From NCBI GenBank assembly GCA_017992005.1, contig JAGOPO010000002.1, positions 1,611-65,610 of the forward strand: DNA of 64,000 nucleotides, read 5' to 3'. The translations under genes and the position numbers were made by a program. Below the pieces are notes generated by a model. It had not been told where the DNA came from. It saw only the letters and a program-made list of their open reading frames with translations, and searched no databases. The DNA is from Minisyncoccota bacterium. GTDB taxonomy: Bacteria > Patescibacteriota > Minisyncoccia > 2-02-FULL-40-12 > GWA2-44-9. Numbering within the stretch: the first letter of the stretch is position 1; every line of letters starts with the position of its first letter. Of this stretch, positions 1 through 9,039 are shown in pieces.

Positions 1-628
1 TTTTATCGCAAATAACAAGTTGAGCGATTCCCATCATCAGCACCTCAGACTGTCGAGTGGTCAGCGCCGCTTCTTTCAGGTAATGATTTAGGCCGACATC
101 CATGAAACTCTCGAAGTATTTACTTTCAAATAGATTCGAAACCTGTCTCCCGACCTGCGGTAATAAGCCGTCGATCGGCGCGGCATAGTCTGCAACTAGA
201 ATCTTGCCTCCATGCTTTGTAACACGCTTCATTTCCTGCAGCACGCTTGTTCTAATATTTGCTGGCATGTCGTGCAATGCAAAAGAAATAATCGTGGCAT
301 CAAATGATTCGTCTGGAAAAGACATGCGCGTTGCATCACCCACGAGAAAATGTAAGTTCGGGGCATCTACTGCTTTTGAATTCGCTCTCCTGAGCATAGC
401 CTCAGAAAGGTCGAGTCCCGTAACCTCAAACCCCTTACTCGCTAAAGCAATTGCCTGAGTTCCCGTACCACAGGCGACATCGAGCACTTTGGCCGACTGA
501 TTCCTTTCAAGTATTTCGCTGATACGGTTTCGGACTGAGATTAGTAGAACAGCGACAAAATCATAAATACCTACTAGTTTCTCAAAAAGCCGTTCATTAT
601 ACTGTTCGTGTTCTTCATTATTATTCAT
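1..628 (-). CDS. class I SAM-dependent methyltransferase (UbiE/COQ5-like), 3' part cut by window edge
   Basis: Own minus-strand translation from ATG at 628-626: MNNNEEHEQYNERLFEK...VLDVACGTGTQAIALASKGFEVTGLDLSEAMLRRA...KHGGKILVADY. Glycine-rich motif I is present and there are no in-frame stops to position 1. Start ATG overlaps the TGA stop of the upstream gene (ATGA). Absent from the ORF track because the frame runs off the window. Confidence 0.7.
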   Translation of the reverse strand, partial: MNNNEEHEQYNERLFEKLVGIYDFVAVLLISVRNRISEILERNQSAKVLDVACGTGTQAIALASKGFEVTGLDLSEAMLRRANSKAVDAPNLHFLVGDATRMSFPDESFDATIISFALHDMPANIRTSVLQEMKRVTKHGGKILVADYAAPIDGLLPQVGRQVSNLFESKYFESFMDVGLNHYLKEAALTTRQSEVLMMGIAQLVICDK

Positions 629-1452
629 ATCTTTTGAGCTATCAATACGCCATACCGAAATGTTTTTGAAGAAAACCCTTTTCTCATCAAACGTATGTCT
701 CTAATAAATTTCAAGACTGTCGAGCCTTCTTTCATTGCCATCTTCCATATTTCCGGTTTCGAAATTATTTCAAATCCAATATCCCAACTTCTAGCTACAT
801 TTTCACTTATATCCTCCGTCTCAATGACTTTAAATCCGTTTCTTTCGGCAAACTCACTATAGCGCGACATGCTGGTCATGGCTGGAACAAGCATAGCATT
901 TTTAATGGTCGTTATATATGCTTCCTCCTGCTTACGCGTAAGATCGTTAGAATGGAACCAGTCTATAAGCGCTATCCTTCCCCCAGTCTTAAGACATCTC
1001 GACGCAAGACGGAAGAAATTTTCAGGATGACTCAGATGCGAGACGGCTTCGATAGACCAGACGACATCGAAGCACGTTGAGAATTCGGCTGATTCTGCGT
1101 CCATAACTATGAATGTCGAATCAACGCCTTTATTCTTTGCGGTTTTTGTTGCTAATTCAACTTGAGAAGGAGATAGAGAGATGCCTACTGTTTTAGCGCC
1201 GTATTCTTGCGCCAACCAAATCGATGACCCTCCCATCCCACAACCCACATCAAGTATAGTCGTACCGGACCGTATCCCTGCTCGTTTGGCCAGATCGCTT
1301 GTTAGTTGTTCTTGCGCAAGCTCCTTAGACTCAAGCCCAGTTTTCCAGTACCCGTGATGCAAATGAATGCCCCACAATTTTAGCCAAAGAGGACTGATGT
1401 GATCGTAAAACGAAGCGACTTTTCTTTTGTGCGCAGAGTCTGAGCTGTTCAT
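625..1452 (-). CDS. SAM-dependent methyltransferase (CFA-synthase / sterol-MT-like)
   Basis: ORF track 275 aa. N-terminal YDHISPLWLKLWGIHLHHGYW and motif I LDVGCGMGGSSIWLAQEYG are typical of this methyltransferase fold. Confidence 0.75.
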   Translation of the reverse strand: MNSSDSAHKRKVASFYDHISPLWLKLWGIHLHHGYWKTGLESKELAQEQLTSDLAKRAGIRSGTTILDVGCGMGGSSIWLAQEYGAKTVGISLSPSQVELATKTAKNKGVDSTFIVMDAESAEFSTCFDVVWSIEAVSHLSHPENFFRLASRCLKTGGRIALIDWFHSNDLTRKQEEAYITTIKNAMLVPAMTSMSRYSEFAERNGFKVIETEDISENVARSWDIGFEIISKPEIWKMAMKEGSTVLKFIRDIRLMRKGFSSKTFRYGVLIAQKI

Positions 1453-1627
1453 AGTCGTACATTGGGCCTCTCACTGAGTCGAGTTAACTGGACTCACATT
1501 ACGCTCTCGGACTAGCCGACGCAAGTCCTCGGCTTCAGACTCCTGGGCTCCCGGCGTCCCCTACTGGGGACGCATCGGTCCGCCCTTCTCGTCCAGCCGC
1601 TCTGCCTCAAGGCGTCGCTGTACCTTA

Positions 1628-1673
1628 GCAGCAAATTAAAGAACTCCCGTGCGGGAGTTCTTTAATTTGCTGC
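1628..1673. repeat. perfect 21-bp inverted repeat hairpin with 3-nt loop, no U-tract
   Basis: gcagcaaattaaagaactcccg-tgc-gggagttctttaatttgctgc read directly. Overlaps the last 4 nt of the tRNA-Gln 3' end. Confidence 0.8.
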
Positions 1674-1740
1674 GGGACCTGGACTCGAACCAAGATACCA
1701 TCCTCCAGAGGGATGTGTCCTACCATTAGACGATCCCGCA
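1670..1740 (-). tRNA. tRNA-Gln (anticodon CUG)
   Basis: Reverse complement reads UGCGGGAUCGUCUAAUGGUAGGACACAUCCCUCUGGAGGAUGGUAUCUUGGUUCGAGUCCAGGUCCCGCAG. It has a 7-bp acceptor stem with U1:A72, a 3-bp D-stem, anticodon loop CUCUGGA, T-loop GGUUCGAGUCC and discriminator G. CCA is not encoded. Confidence 0.8.
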
Positions 1741-1958
1741 AAATAGTTTTGAGGGGGCTTCGTTATTGGAATAACTCGCCTCCCTTCCAACGTCACTCGC
1801 GACGCTCCGCTACTCGCCCCTGCCTCCCCCAAGACCGTCCGGTACTCGCTCAATAAATCACTGCGTGCCGGCGCGGGGCATCCGAAACATTATCTATAAA
1901 CGCTAAAAACTATACACCGAAATGCGACATTCTGCAATAATGACGAGCTATGAGAAGC

Positions 1959-2870
1959 CTATACCCTCAAGAAGCGACGGATAGCAATAAAGCTCGAAAT
2001 CATACCCAATGCAACGCCTGACGCAATAACCAGGAGCACCATCTGGGGTGCGTTGCCGCCAAAATAGCCACTCAGTGAAACGCCCGGCATGATAATGGCA
2101 ACTTTCGGACTAATGCTCACAACAGTGATATAGAAAACAACAAGCGCTAAGACCCCCGCGAACACCCCATAGAGAGCCCCTTCAACAAGGTATGGCGCAC
2201 GAATGTACCAATTAGAACCCCCAACTAAACGCATGATTTCGATTTCGCTTTTTTGATTGTAGATGGTGAGCCGCACGGTATTGAACGCAACCAATATTGC
2301 GATGACCGCCAATACCAAGGTGCCGATGAGTCCCCACTGTTGAGCTGACTGTGAGATCGATTGCACGCGTCCAATGACCGCTTCGTTTTCGTAGTAGTTA
2401 ATCTTGTCGATCGTGGTACGAAGCTTGTGTGTCTCCAGGAAGCTCACGATCGAAGCATATTGGCCCGTATTCACCGCCTTCACATTCAATGACGCTTGCA
2501 GCGGATTGGTCTCTAACTCGGCGAGAGATTCTTGAATAAGCGAATCCTGCGCATGTCGCTCCTTGAAGAGTGCCAACGCTTCTTCACGTGTGATGGATTG
2601 CACGGATGCAACAGTATTGAGGCCTTCCAAGTCTTTCTTTACCTCGGCGATTGCTGTATCGGATGCTGTTTGCTTGAAGTACACGCTTACGTCTACTTTA
2701 CTCTCAAGCGCAGTCACTAATACATCGCTCATGAAGTTGAGTGCAATAAGACCCAAGAACAACAATAACACCAGTGCCATAACACCCGTGGTACCAAACG
2801 AGACGTAACTGTTGCGCTGAAAGTTGGTCCACCCATGCGACGCAACTCGTTTTAGCTTTTCTTTCATCAT
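1959..2870 (-). CDS. ftsX: cell division permease FtsX
   Basis: 303 aa. N-terminal TM helix, large periplasmic loop and three C-terminal TM helices. Immediately downstream of ftsE. Confidence 0.8.
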   Translation of the reverse strand: MMKEKLKRVASHGWTNFQRNSYVSFGTTGVMALVLLLFLGLIALNFMSDVLVTALESKVDVSVYFKQTASDTAIAEVKKDLEGLNTVASVQSITREEALALFKERHAQDSLIQESLAELETNPLQASLNVKAVNTGQYASIVSFLETHKLRTTIDKINYYENEAVIGRVQSISQSAQQWGLIGTLVLAVIAILVAFNTVRLTIYNQKSEIEIMRLVGGSNWYIRAPYLVEGALYGVFAGVLALVVFYITVVSISPKVAIIMPGVSLSGYFGGNAPQMVLLVIASGVALGMISSFIAIRRFLRV

Positions 2871-2873
2871 AGT

Positions 2874-3557
2874 CTAGATAATATATTTTCCGTTCTCTGT
2901 CTGGTCACGAACAATCTTGCCCTTTTCCATCGTGACTACTCGACGACTCAATGCGTCAACGATCTCTCGATTGTGAGTTACCAGCACTACGGTCGTTCCC
3001 AACTCATTGATCTTCTGGAGTAATTGTATCACGTCGTGACTGTTCACAAGGTCGAGGTTTCCCGTCGGCTCGTCTGCCAAAATAATATGCGGCCGATGGA
3101 TCAATGCTCGCGCAATTGCAAGTCTCTGCTTTTCTCCCCCAGAGAGCTGGTGAGGGAAATTGGCTGCCTTGCTCGAAAGACCAACGATGTCGAGCGCCTT
3201 GGGCACGTCTTCAGCGATGCGGTCTGTGGTTGCCCCGACCACCTCAAGAGCGAAGGCAACGTTTTCGAATGCGTTGCGAGCAGAAAGTAATTTGAAATCC
3301 TGGAAAATAGTACCGATTTTTCGACGAAGCAAAGGAATGTCATCACTCGAAAGCGTCTCGAGGTTGATGCCGTCGATGACGACGTGCCCCGTAGTGGGCA
3401 CAAGCTCACGCGTCAGCATGCGCAGAAGTGTACTTTTGCCCGCTCCTGCTGGCCCCACGATGGAAACAAGCTCACCATTGTGAATCTTGAGATTAATATC
3501 CTGAAGTGCAATAAAACTATCTGAGTAGACCGATGAAATGTTCTTGAGCTCTATCAT
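2874..3557 (-). CDS. ftsE: cell division ATP-binding protein FtsE (ABC ATPase)
   Basis: Walker [13 protein letters not shown] signature [15 protein letters not shown], Walker [12 protein letters not shown]. Confidence 0.85.
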   Translation of the reverse strand: MIELKNISSVYSDSFIALQDINLKIHNGELVSIVGPAGAGKSTLLRMLTRELVPTTGHVVIDGINLETLSSDDIPLLRRKIGTIFQDFKLLSARNAFENVAFALEVVGATTDRIAEDVPKALDIVGLSSKAANFPHQLSGGEKQRLAIARALIHRPHIILADEPTGNLDLVNSHDVIQLLQKINELGTTVVLVTHNREIVDALSRRVVTMEKGKIVRDQTENGKYII

Positions 3558-4249
3558 GACGTAATAAATTTCGAGAGATCACCTTCAAGCACCTTCTCGG
3601 GTTGCGATGATTTTGCACCCGTTCGATGATCTTTCACGAAGTGGTCATCTAACACATAGGAACGAATCTGACTCCCACGATCAATACCGCCCGATTTCAA
3701 TTCTACCTTCAGTTGGGATATATCGCTCAGCTTGGACTCCTCCATGCGTTGCGCGAGAATCGACGAGAGCAGCTGAAGGGCCTTCTCCTTGTTCTGCCCC
3801 TGACTCCGTTCTGTCTGCACAGCTACGGCAATACCCGTTGGCAGATGTCGCACGCGAACCGCGGTCTCCACCTTGTTGACGTTCTGCCCACCCTTGCCCG
3901 ACGAGCGAAACGTATCAAACTCTAAATCCGTTGGATTTATCCGTAGGTCGTTCGGTGATATTTCGGGAAGAATCTGAATGAGTGCAAACGAAGTCATTCG
4001 CTTCCCCTGCGCATTAAACGGCGACTTTCGCACCAGACGATGCACTCCGGACTCACTCTTTAGTTTAGCATAGACATCAGCACCGATCACTTCACATTGT
4101 GAACTTTTTATACCGCGCTGCTCACCGAGCGACTCGTCGAGCACGCGAAAATCCCACCCCTGTGCGGCGGCGTAGCGCATATACATGCGACGAAGCATCA
4201 TTGCCCAATCTTGGGCATCGACTCCACCCTCGCCTGCATAGACCGACAT
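3554..4249 (-). CDS. prfB: peptide chain release factor 2 homolog lacking N-terminal domain 1
   Basis: ORF translation carries the SPF motif ([11 protein letters not shown]) and GGQ motif ([15 protein letters not shown]), and aligns to E. coli RF2 from about residue 110 onward. The N-terminal extension of the ORF cannot pass 4334 because tRNA-Thr occupies 4335-4410. First in-frame ATG is at 4249 (MSVYAGEGG); a non-ATG start slightly upstream is possible. Confidence 0.75.
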   Translation of the reverse strand: MSVYAGEGGVDAQDWAMMLRRMYMRYAAAQGWDFRVLDESLGEQRGIKSSQCEVIGADVYAKLKSESGVHRLVRKSPFNAQGKRMTSFALIQILPEISPNDLRINPTDLEFDTFRSSGKGGQNVNKVETAVRVRHLPTGIAVAVQTERSQGQNKEKALQLLSSILAQRMEESKLSDISQLKVELKSGGIDRGSQIRSYVLDDHFVKDHRTGAKSSQPEKVLEGDLSKFITS

Positions 4250-4334
4250 AAGAACCTTGTTGGGGACGTAGGAAAACACAGGTTGAGTGTACCGAAATGA
4301 CAGCCACCTGTAAATGAATCTCCTCCGCCAATGT

Positions 4335-4410
4335 GGAGCCACCTCCCGGAGTCGAACCGGGGACCTTCACTTTACGAAAGTGCTGCTCTACCAGCTGAGC
4401 TAAGGTGGCG
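4335..4410 (-). tRNA. tRNA-Thr (anticodon CGU), CCA encoded
   Basis: Reverse complement reads GCCACCUUAGCUCAGCUGGUAGAGCAGCACUUUCGUAAAGUGAAGGUCCCCGGUUCGACUCCGGGAGGUGGCUCCA. Cloverleaf folds with anticodon loop UUCGUAA. Confidence 0.8.
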
Positions 4411-4464
4411 CTGCGCTACTATACCCCACTTTTGATGATTCTCCAAGAAACCACGTGAACGGGA

Positions 4465-4535
4465 GCGGAATACGGGAATCGAACCCGTGCCCTAACCTTG
4501 GGAAGGTCATGTACTACCACTATACGAATTCCGCC
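4465..4535 (-). tRNA. tRNA-Gly (anticodon CCC)
   Basis: Reverse complement reads GCGGAAUUCGUAUAGUGGUAGUACAUGACCUUCCCAAGGUUAGGGCACGGGUUCGAUUCCCGUAUUCCGCU. Anticodon loop UUCCCAA, T-loop GGUUCGAUUCC. Confidence 0.75.
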
Positions 4536-4544
4536 TGACAGTTG

Positions 4545-4907
4545 TTAGTGAAGCAACCAATCGAGCCACATCTTCCAATTCGAACGCTCAGCATCGACTG
4601 ACTGAACCTGGGCAATTGTATCAATTTTTTCCGCCTTGTACACGATGACCGCCGTTTCTCCTGGCTGCTTATAATTGAGGTTTTTTCGCGCAGCAAGCTC
4701 CGTCCACTGCGGCTGTTTCATTTGCTCTAATTGCCTCGCGAGACGATCATTTTCCCGACGACCATCTTCTACGCGATCAAGCAGTGCTTGCAACTCCGCA
4801 TCAGAGTCGTGCTTTCGTATACCCGCCGCTACGGCGAGGATCAACATCCACACCGCAACAAAACCAAAGACGACAGATGCGAACTTAGAACGAAAGAATG
4901 ATGGCAT
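4545..4907 (-). CDS. septum formation initiator family protein (FtsB/DivIC-like)
   Basis: 120 aa. Single N-terminal TM helix, coiled coil (LQALLDRVEDGRRENDRLARQLEQMK), then a LAARKNLNYKQPGETAV motif. Confidence 0.65.
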   Translation of the reverse strand: MPSFFRSKFASVVFGFVAVWMLILAVAAGIRKHDSDAELQALLDRVEDGRRENDRLARQLEQMKQPQWTELAARKNLNYKQPGETAVIVYKAEKIDTIAQVQSVDAERSNWKMWLDWLLH

Positions 4908-5059
4908 AATGTATTGTCAGTCTTCGTCGTCCACGTTACAGTACAACCATGATACTCGACCATCAAACGAAGCGCATTCTATCCGTGGCCATTGCCCTTA
5001 TCACTATTTTGGGCATGATTGCACTCCTTGTTCTTCCTCTCTTCGCCTAGAAGTATACC

Positions 5060-6856
5060 CTACTTCTTAAGCATTTTCAGGAACACGTCATGCGGGATTT
5101 GCACGCGTCCCTCGGCTTTCATTCGTTTCTTTCCCTCTGATTGCTTCTTCAAGAGCTTCATTTTTCGCGTCACATCTCCCCCATACAAATATCCGGTGAC
5201 GTCTTTTCGCAGCGCGCTTATTGTCTCACGAGCGATAATCTTACCGCCGAGTGCAGCCTGCAAAATAACTTCAAACCATTGCTTCGGTAGCACTTCTTTC
5301 AATTTCGACACCATCTGACGACCAATGTAGGGAGCTTGCTCACGAGGAACGATACGCGAAAATGGCTCTACAACGTCACCGGCAACCAAGATATCGAGAC
5401 GAACGAGATCGTACGATTGCACACCCGCAGGCTCGTAGCTCATCGACGCATACCCCTGTGAAACCGATTTGAGCTTGTCATAAAAATCAGTGACGATCTC
5501 AGAAAGTGGCACGCGATACCGAAGCACCACGGTCTCCGTTCCGATGTATTCGGTGGCAACATACGTATTGCGAATAACCGCAACTAATTCCATAACGGCA
5601 CCCATATACTGGACGGGCATGATTATTTCGAGTGCCACGATTGGCTCCGCAATTCCCTTCCAGTGCGTGGGATCAGGGAGAAGCGCGGCAGATCGAATCG
5701 GAATGATAGTTCCATCATTCTTTTCAACGTCATACTGCACCGACGGTGTTGTCACAATGAGCTTCAGACCGAATTCACGATGCAATCGCTCCGAAATAAT
5801 TTCCACATGCAGCATGCCGAGAAATCCCAAGCGATAGCCCCGACCCAGACCCGCCGACGACTCGGGTTCATATTGGAGGGCCGCGTCTGTCAACTTTAAT
5901 TTTGAGAGGGCGTCTTTGAGTTCGTCGTATTGTTCACCGTTTTCAGGAAAGAAGCTCGCGAACACCATCGGCCTTATTTCACGATACCCCTCCAGCGGCT
6001 TAAAGATAGCGGGATCGGTCTGCGCAAGTGTAAGCGTATCGCCAACACGAATCTGACCAGGATCCTTGAGGCCCGTTGCTACATATCCGATTTGTCCCAT
6101 ATCCAATCGCTGTGCTGCAGTCAGCTGTGGGGCAAAATATCCAACCTCGAGCGCGTCCGCTTTTGCCTGCGTTGCCCATGCGATGATTTTGTCGTTGTGG
6201 CGAATTGATCCCGACATGACTCGAACAAACGCCAAGACCCCCTTGTACGCGTCAAAGGTGGAGTCAAAAATAATTGCGTGCGTATTTTTATCAGTTGCTG
6301 TACTCACCGGTGGCGGCACGAGAGCGATTACACGCTCGAGCAGCTCTTTGACATGAAAGCCCGTCTTCCCGGATATTTCTACAATTTCACCTTCATCGAT
6401 ACCCAACAAATACGCGAGCTCCTCCTTCACCTGCGCCGTGCGCGCATTCACCATATCTACCTTATTGACGGCAGGGATGATGGTCAGCTTCTGCTTCTGC
6501 GCAAAGTGAAGATTCGCTAACGTTTGCGCCTGCACGCCCTTCGTTGCATCCACCAACAGCACCGCGCCTTCAACTGCAGCAAGCGAGCGGCTTACCTCAT
6601 AGGAGAAATCGACATGCCCAGGCGTATCAATAAGATTGAGCTCATGCTCCACGCCATCAAGCGTGTAGTGCATGCGAACAGGCTGTAGTTTGATGGTGAT
6701 GCCACGCTCTCGCTCCAAATCCATCTGGTCGAGATACTGCTCCTTCATCTGTCGCTTCTGGACGGTATTAGTAAGCTCCAAAAAACGATCCGCGAGTGTG
6801 GATTTTCCGTGGTCGATGTGCGCGATGATGCAAAAATTGCGGATGTGTGAGGCCAT
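5060..6856 (-). CDS. lepA: elongation factor 4 (LepA)
   Basis: 598 aa. G-domain IAHIDHGKSTLADR, DTPGHVDF, NKVD. Conserved LepA C-terminal region. Confidence 0.9.
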   Translation of the reverse strand: MASHIRNFCIIAHIDHGKSTLADRFLELTNTVQKRQMKEQYLDQMDLERERGITIKLQPVRMHYTLDGVEHELNLIDTPGHVDFSYEVSRSLAAVEGAVLLVDATKGVQAQTLANLHFAQKQKLTIIPAVNKVDMVNARTAQVKEELAYLLGIDEGEIVEISGKTGFHVKELLERVIALVPPPVSTATDKNTHAIIFDSTFDAYKGVLAFVRVMSGSIRHNDKIIAWATQAKADALEVGYFAPQLTAAQRLDMGQIGYVATGLKDPGQIRVGDTLTLAQTDPAIFKPLEGYREIRPMVFASFFPENGEQYDELKDALSKLKLTDAALQYEPESSAGLGRGYRLGFLGMLHVEIISERLHREFGLKLIVTTPSVQYDVEKNDGTIIPIRSAALLPDPTHWKGIAEPIVALEIIMPVQYMGAVMELVAVIRNTYVATEYIGTETVVLRYRVPLSEIVTDFYDKLKSVSQGYASMSYEPAGVQSYDLVRLDILVAGDVVEPFSRIVPREQAPYIGRQMVSKLKEVLPKQWFEVILQAALGGKIIARETISALRKDVTGYLYGGDVTRKMKLLKKQSEGKKRMKAEGRVQIPHDVFLKMLKK

Positions 6857-6901
6857 ATCGGTTTCACACTATACCACGGTTTTCGGCCCCGCGGAAGCTA
6901 C

Positions 6902-9010
6902 CTACCGAAGGACCGCAGTAATCTCGAGGTCTTGCTTCAGGTCATCGTGGAGACGCCAACTATCGGGCCACACCGTCAGCGTCGGCTTTGAAGCGGTAAC
7001 CGTTAGCGTTGGACTCTTTTGAAGAGTAAATTCGAAATCGGAAACATCAAGTCCCGGCTGTCGCTGTACGAGCAGGCTATAGTTTGTTGCCGCAACTCGA
7101 GCTGGTATGACATATTCAATCTGAACGGACTCGGTCATGCCAGGCTGGAGAACCATCCAAAAACCAAATCCGGCCTTCCCTGCCTCCTCATACAGCGTAA
7201 CACCTCTCCCATCGGTTCGATACGTTGACTCGAGTGCGACCAAATCCTTATCACGCACCGCCATTGCATCGGTATACGTTAGCAATGGGACATATAATGG
7301 CTTTGCGTTACCGGTGATATCCCGAAGCATAGATCCTCCAGGAACAAGTACGCGCACATACGAAGTGTTGGTTTTATTATAAAAACCATAGTCAGTATCC
7401 CCACCATTATGACGACGGGTTAACGTCAGCCGATGCACGAGCGTGCCGGACTCCATCCAGCTTTCGAGCTTCACATTCGTATTTGTCACCGCATCTGACT
7501 TTGCTCCCTTGATATTTGAAATATTCACCATGAGATAATCGCCACCCGTTGCCAGAATCGACCCGCTCATAGCATGCGCAACGGAGTAGTCCTGAAGTTT
7601 TGGATCATCGAAGTACGCCATGACATCCCGCTCCCGAATACTGGTTGCCAAAAGCTCAATAAGGGCAGCCCACTGTGATGGCGTCGCCTTGGCGAGTCGC
7701 TCCAGGATGAGGGGCGCGGCGTCGACAATGACTTGTTTTGGTTGCGATGTTTTCTTACTTTCCACCTCCAACTGAAGCTGTTCGATTACATTGGTTGCCG
7801 TGAGTACGAGATCATAATTCGGCATGGATAGTGGGCCGGTAATTTCCAAGATCCCCTTGAGCACTTCGGGCTTAATTGAAAGCACCCCATCTACAGCTGC
7901 TCCGCCATCATGTCTCCAGAATTCCATGACTTTGCGCGCTGACGTTGGAAAATCAATCCACCAAGCCGAATCACGCATGCCCCAGCCCGGTGTAATATGC
8001 TGCAGCTGCACTGGCGGAACGATGAGCGTCTTGAGCTGACCATCAGGATTATAGATGTCATCGGCATGAAAATCCTTCAGGCGATTATGCTCGAATGTCA
8101 AAAGGCCATAGCTTCCGGGGAACCCTCCCGTTGGTCGGAGCTCGCTAGAGTTAGTGAACAAAACAAGATAACGCTGTGGATGCTCAGACCCGGTGGCACG
8201 TTCAAAAAAAGCAACAAATTCGGATGATTGTGAAATGAGAGATGTGAGATCGGGCAGTTTCACCTTCAGCTCTCGTAGTTGAGTTTGATATTCTTCGGGT
8301 AGCGATGAGATGTCGAGTGCATTAATAAGTTTTGAGGCTGTATCGATATCACCCTGTGCCCGCTCAAGTGATTGTCGTAATGACACCATAAGAGAGCGAG
8401 CAGCGTCCTGCTGCGCATCACCTGACTGCAATAACGTCCCAAACTTCATAAACGAATCCATAGCGTCACTCATCGCGAGTCCCGCATCAGAGAAAAGTGC
8501 ACCCGCCGTAAGTGCATTATGACCCGACTTGAGCGATGATAATCCTGGTATATGCGAAATAAGCCCAACGATTGAAGGGCCGAGTGCGTTGAGCTCCTTT
8601 GACGCACCCTGAAATTCCTTGGCAGACGCTGCCAGATTCTGTCTTGCTCCTGCAAAATCCAACACCGCCGCAGAATCCTTTGCTAACAACAAGCTACTAA
8701 TGGCAGCGTTGCCTTCTTTCACCACCCGGCCCTTCACCTTCATTCCATACTGGCTCACCAGTAGCAAGCCAGCAATAACGAAGCCCGCACCCAAAAACCA
8801 TGGAACCAATGTCCAGGGCTGTCGCGCTTGCTGTGCCGTTGCAAGCGCTGCCGAAAAAGCTTGCACGCGTGGAGCTTCTTGCTTCCTTACATCAAGAGGG
8901 TGCACGGCCGCTGCTCGCGCATGAACAATTACATCACGCAATTCATTAATGATGTGCTCTGGCACATCATTATCAATCGAAGTACGAGATGCACGATGAT
9001 TATCGTTCAT
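6902..9010 (-). CDS. large membrane-anchored protein, DUF4012-like (family assignment tentative)
   Basis: 702 aa. One TM helix near residue 70, then a large extracytoplasmic domain. Contains RYLVLFTNSSELRPTGGFPGSYG, which resembles the DUF4012 signature. Adjacent to glycosyltransferases. Confidence 0.6.
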   Translation of the reverse strand: MNDNHRASRTSIDNDVPEHIINELRDVIVHARAAAVHPLDVRKQEAPRVQAFSAALATAQQARQPWTLVPWFLGAGFVIAGLLLVSQYGMKVKGRVVKEGNAAISSLLLAKDSAAVLDFAGARQNLAASAKEFQGASKELNALGPSIVGLISHIPGLSSLKSGHNALTAGALFSDAGLAMSDAMDSFMKFGTLLQSGDAQQDAARSLMVSLRQSLERAQGDIDTASKLINALDISSLPEEYQTQLRELKVKLPDLTSLISQSSEFVAFFERATGSEHPQRYLVLFTNSSELRPTGGFPGSYGLLTFEHNRLKDFHADDIYNPDGQLKTLIVPPVQLQHITPGWGMRDSAWWIDFPTSARKVMEFWRHDGGAAVDGVLSIKPEVLKGILEITGPLSMPNYDLVLTATNVIEQLQLEVESKKTSQPKQVIVDAAPLILERLAKATPSQWAALIELLATSIRERDVMAYFDDPKLQDYSVAHAMSGSILATGGDYLMVNISNIKGAKSDAVTNTNVKLESWMESGTLVHRLTLTRRHNGGDTDYGFYNKTNTSYVRVLVPGGSMLRDITGNAKPLYVPLLTYTDAMAVRDKDLVALESTYRTDGRGVTLYEEAGKAGFGFWMVLQPGMTESVQIEYVIPARVAATNYSLLVQRQPGLDVSDFEFTLQKSPTLTVTASKPTLTVWPDSWRLHDDLKQDLEITAVLR

Positions 9011-9039
9011 AGTGCCACTAGTATACCATCGCTAACGCA

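Noticed and set aside
1453-1627. SRP (4.5S) RNA or 6S RNA in the GC-rich block
   Set aside because: I could not find the conserved SRP domain IV motif or a 6S-like central bubble by eye. It is left as an unassigned structured region.
4250-4342. Possible prfB +1 programmed-frameshift leader, or a domain 1 encoded upstream
   Set aside because: The upstream DNA is occupied by tRNA-Thr and tRNA-Gly on the same strand. No short leader ORF with a CUU-UGA-C-type shift site was seen.
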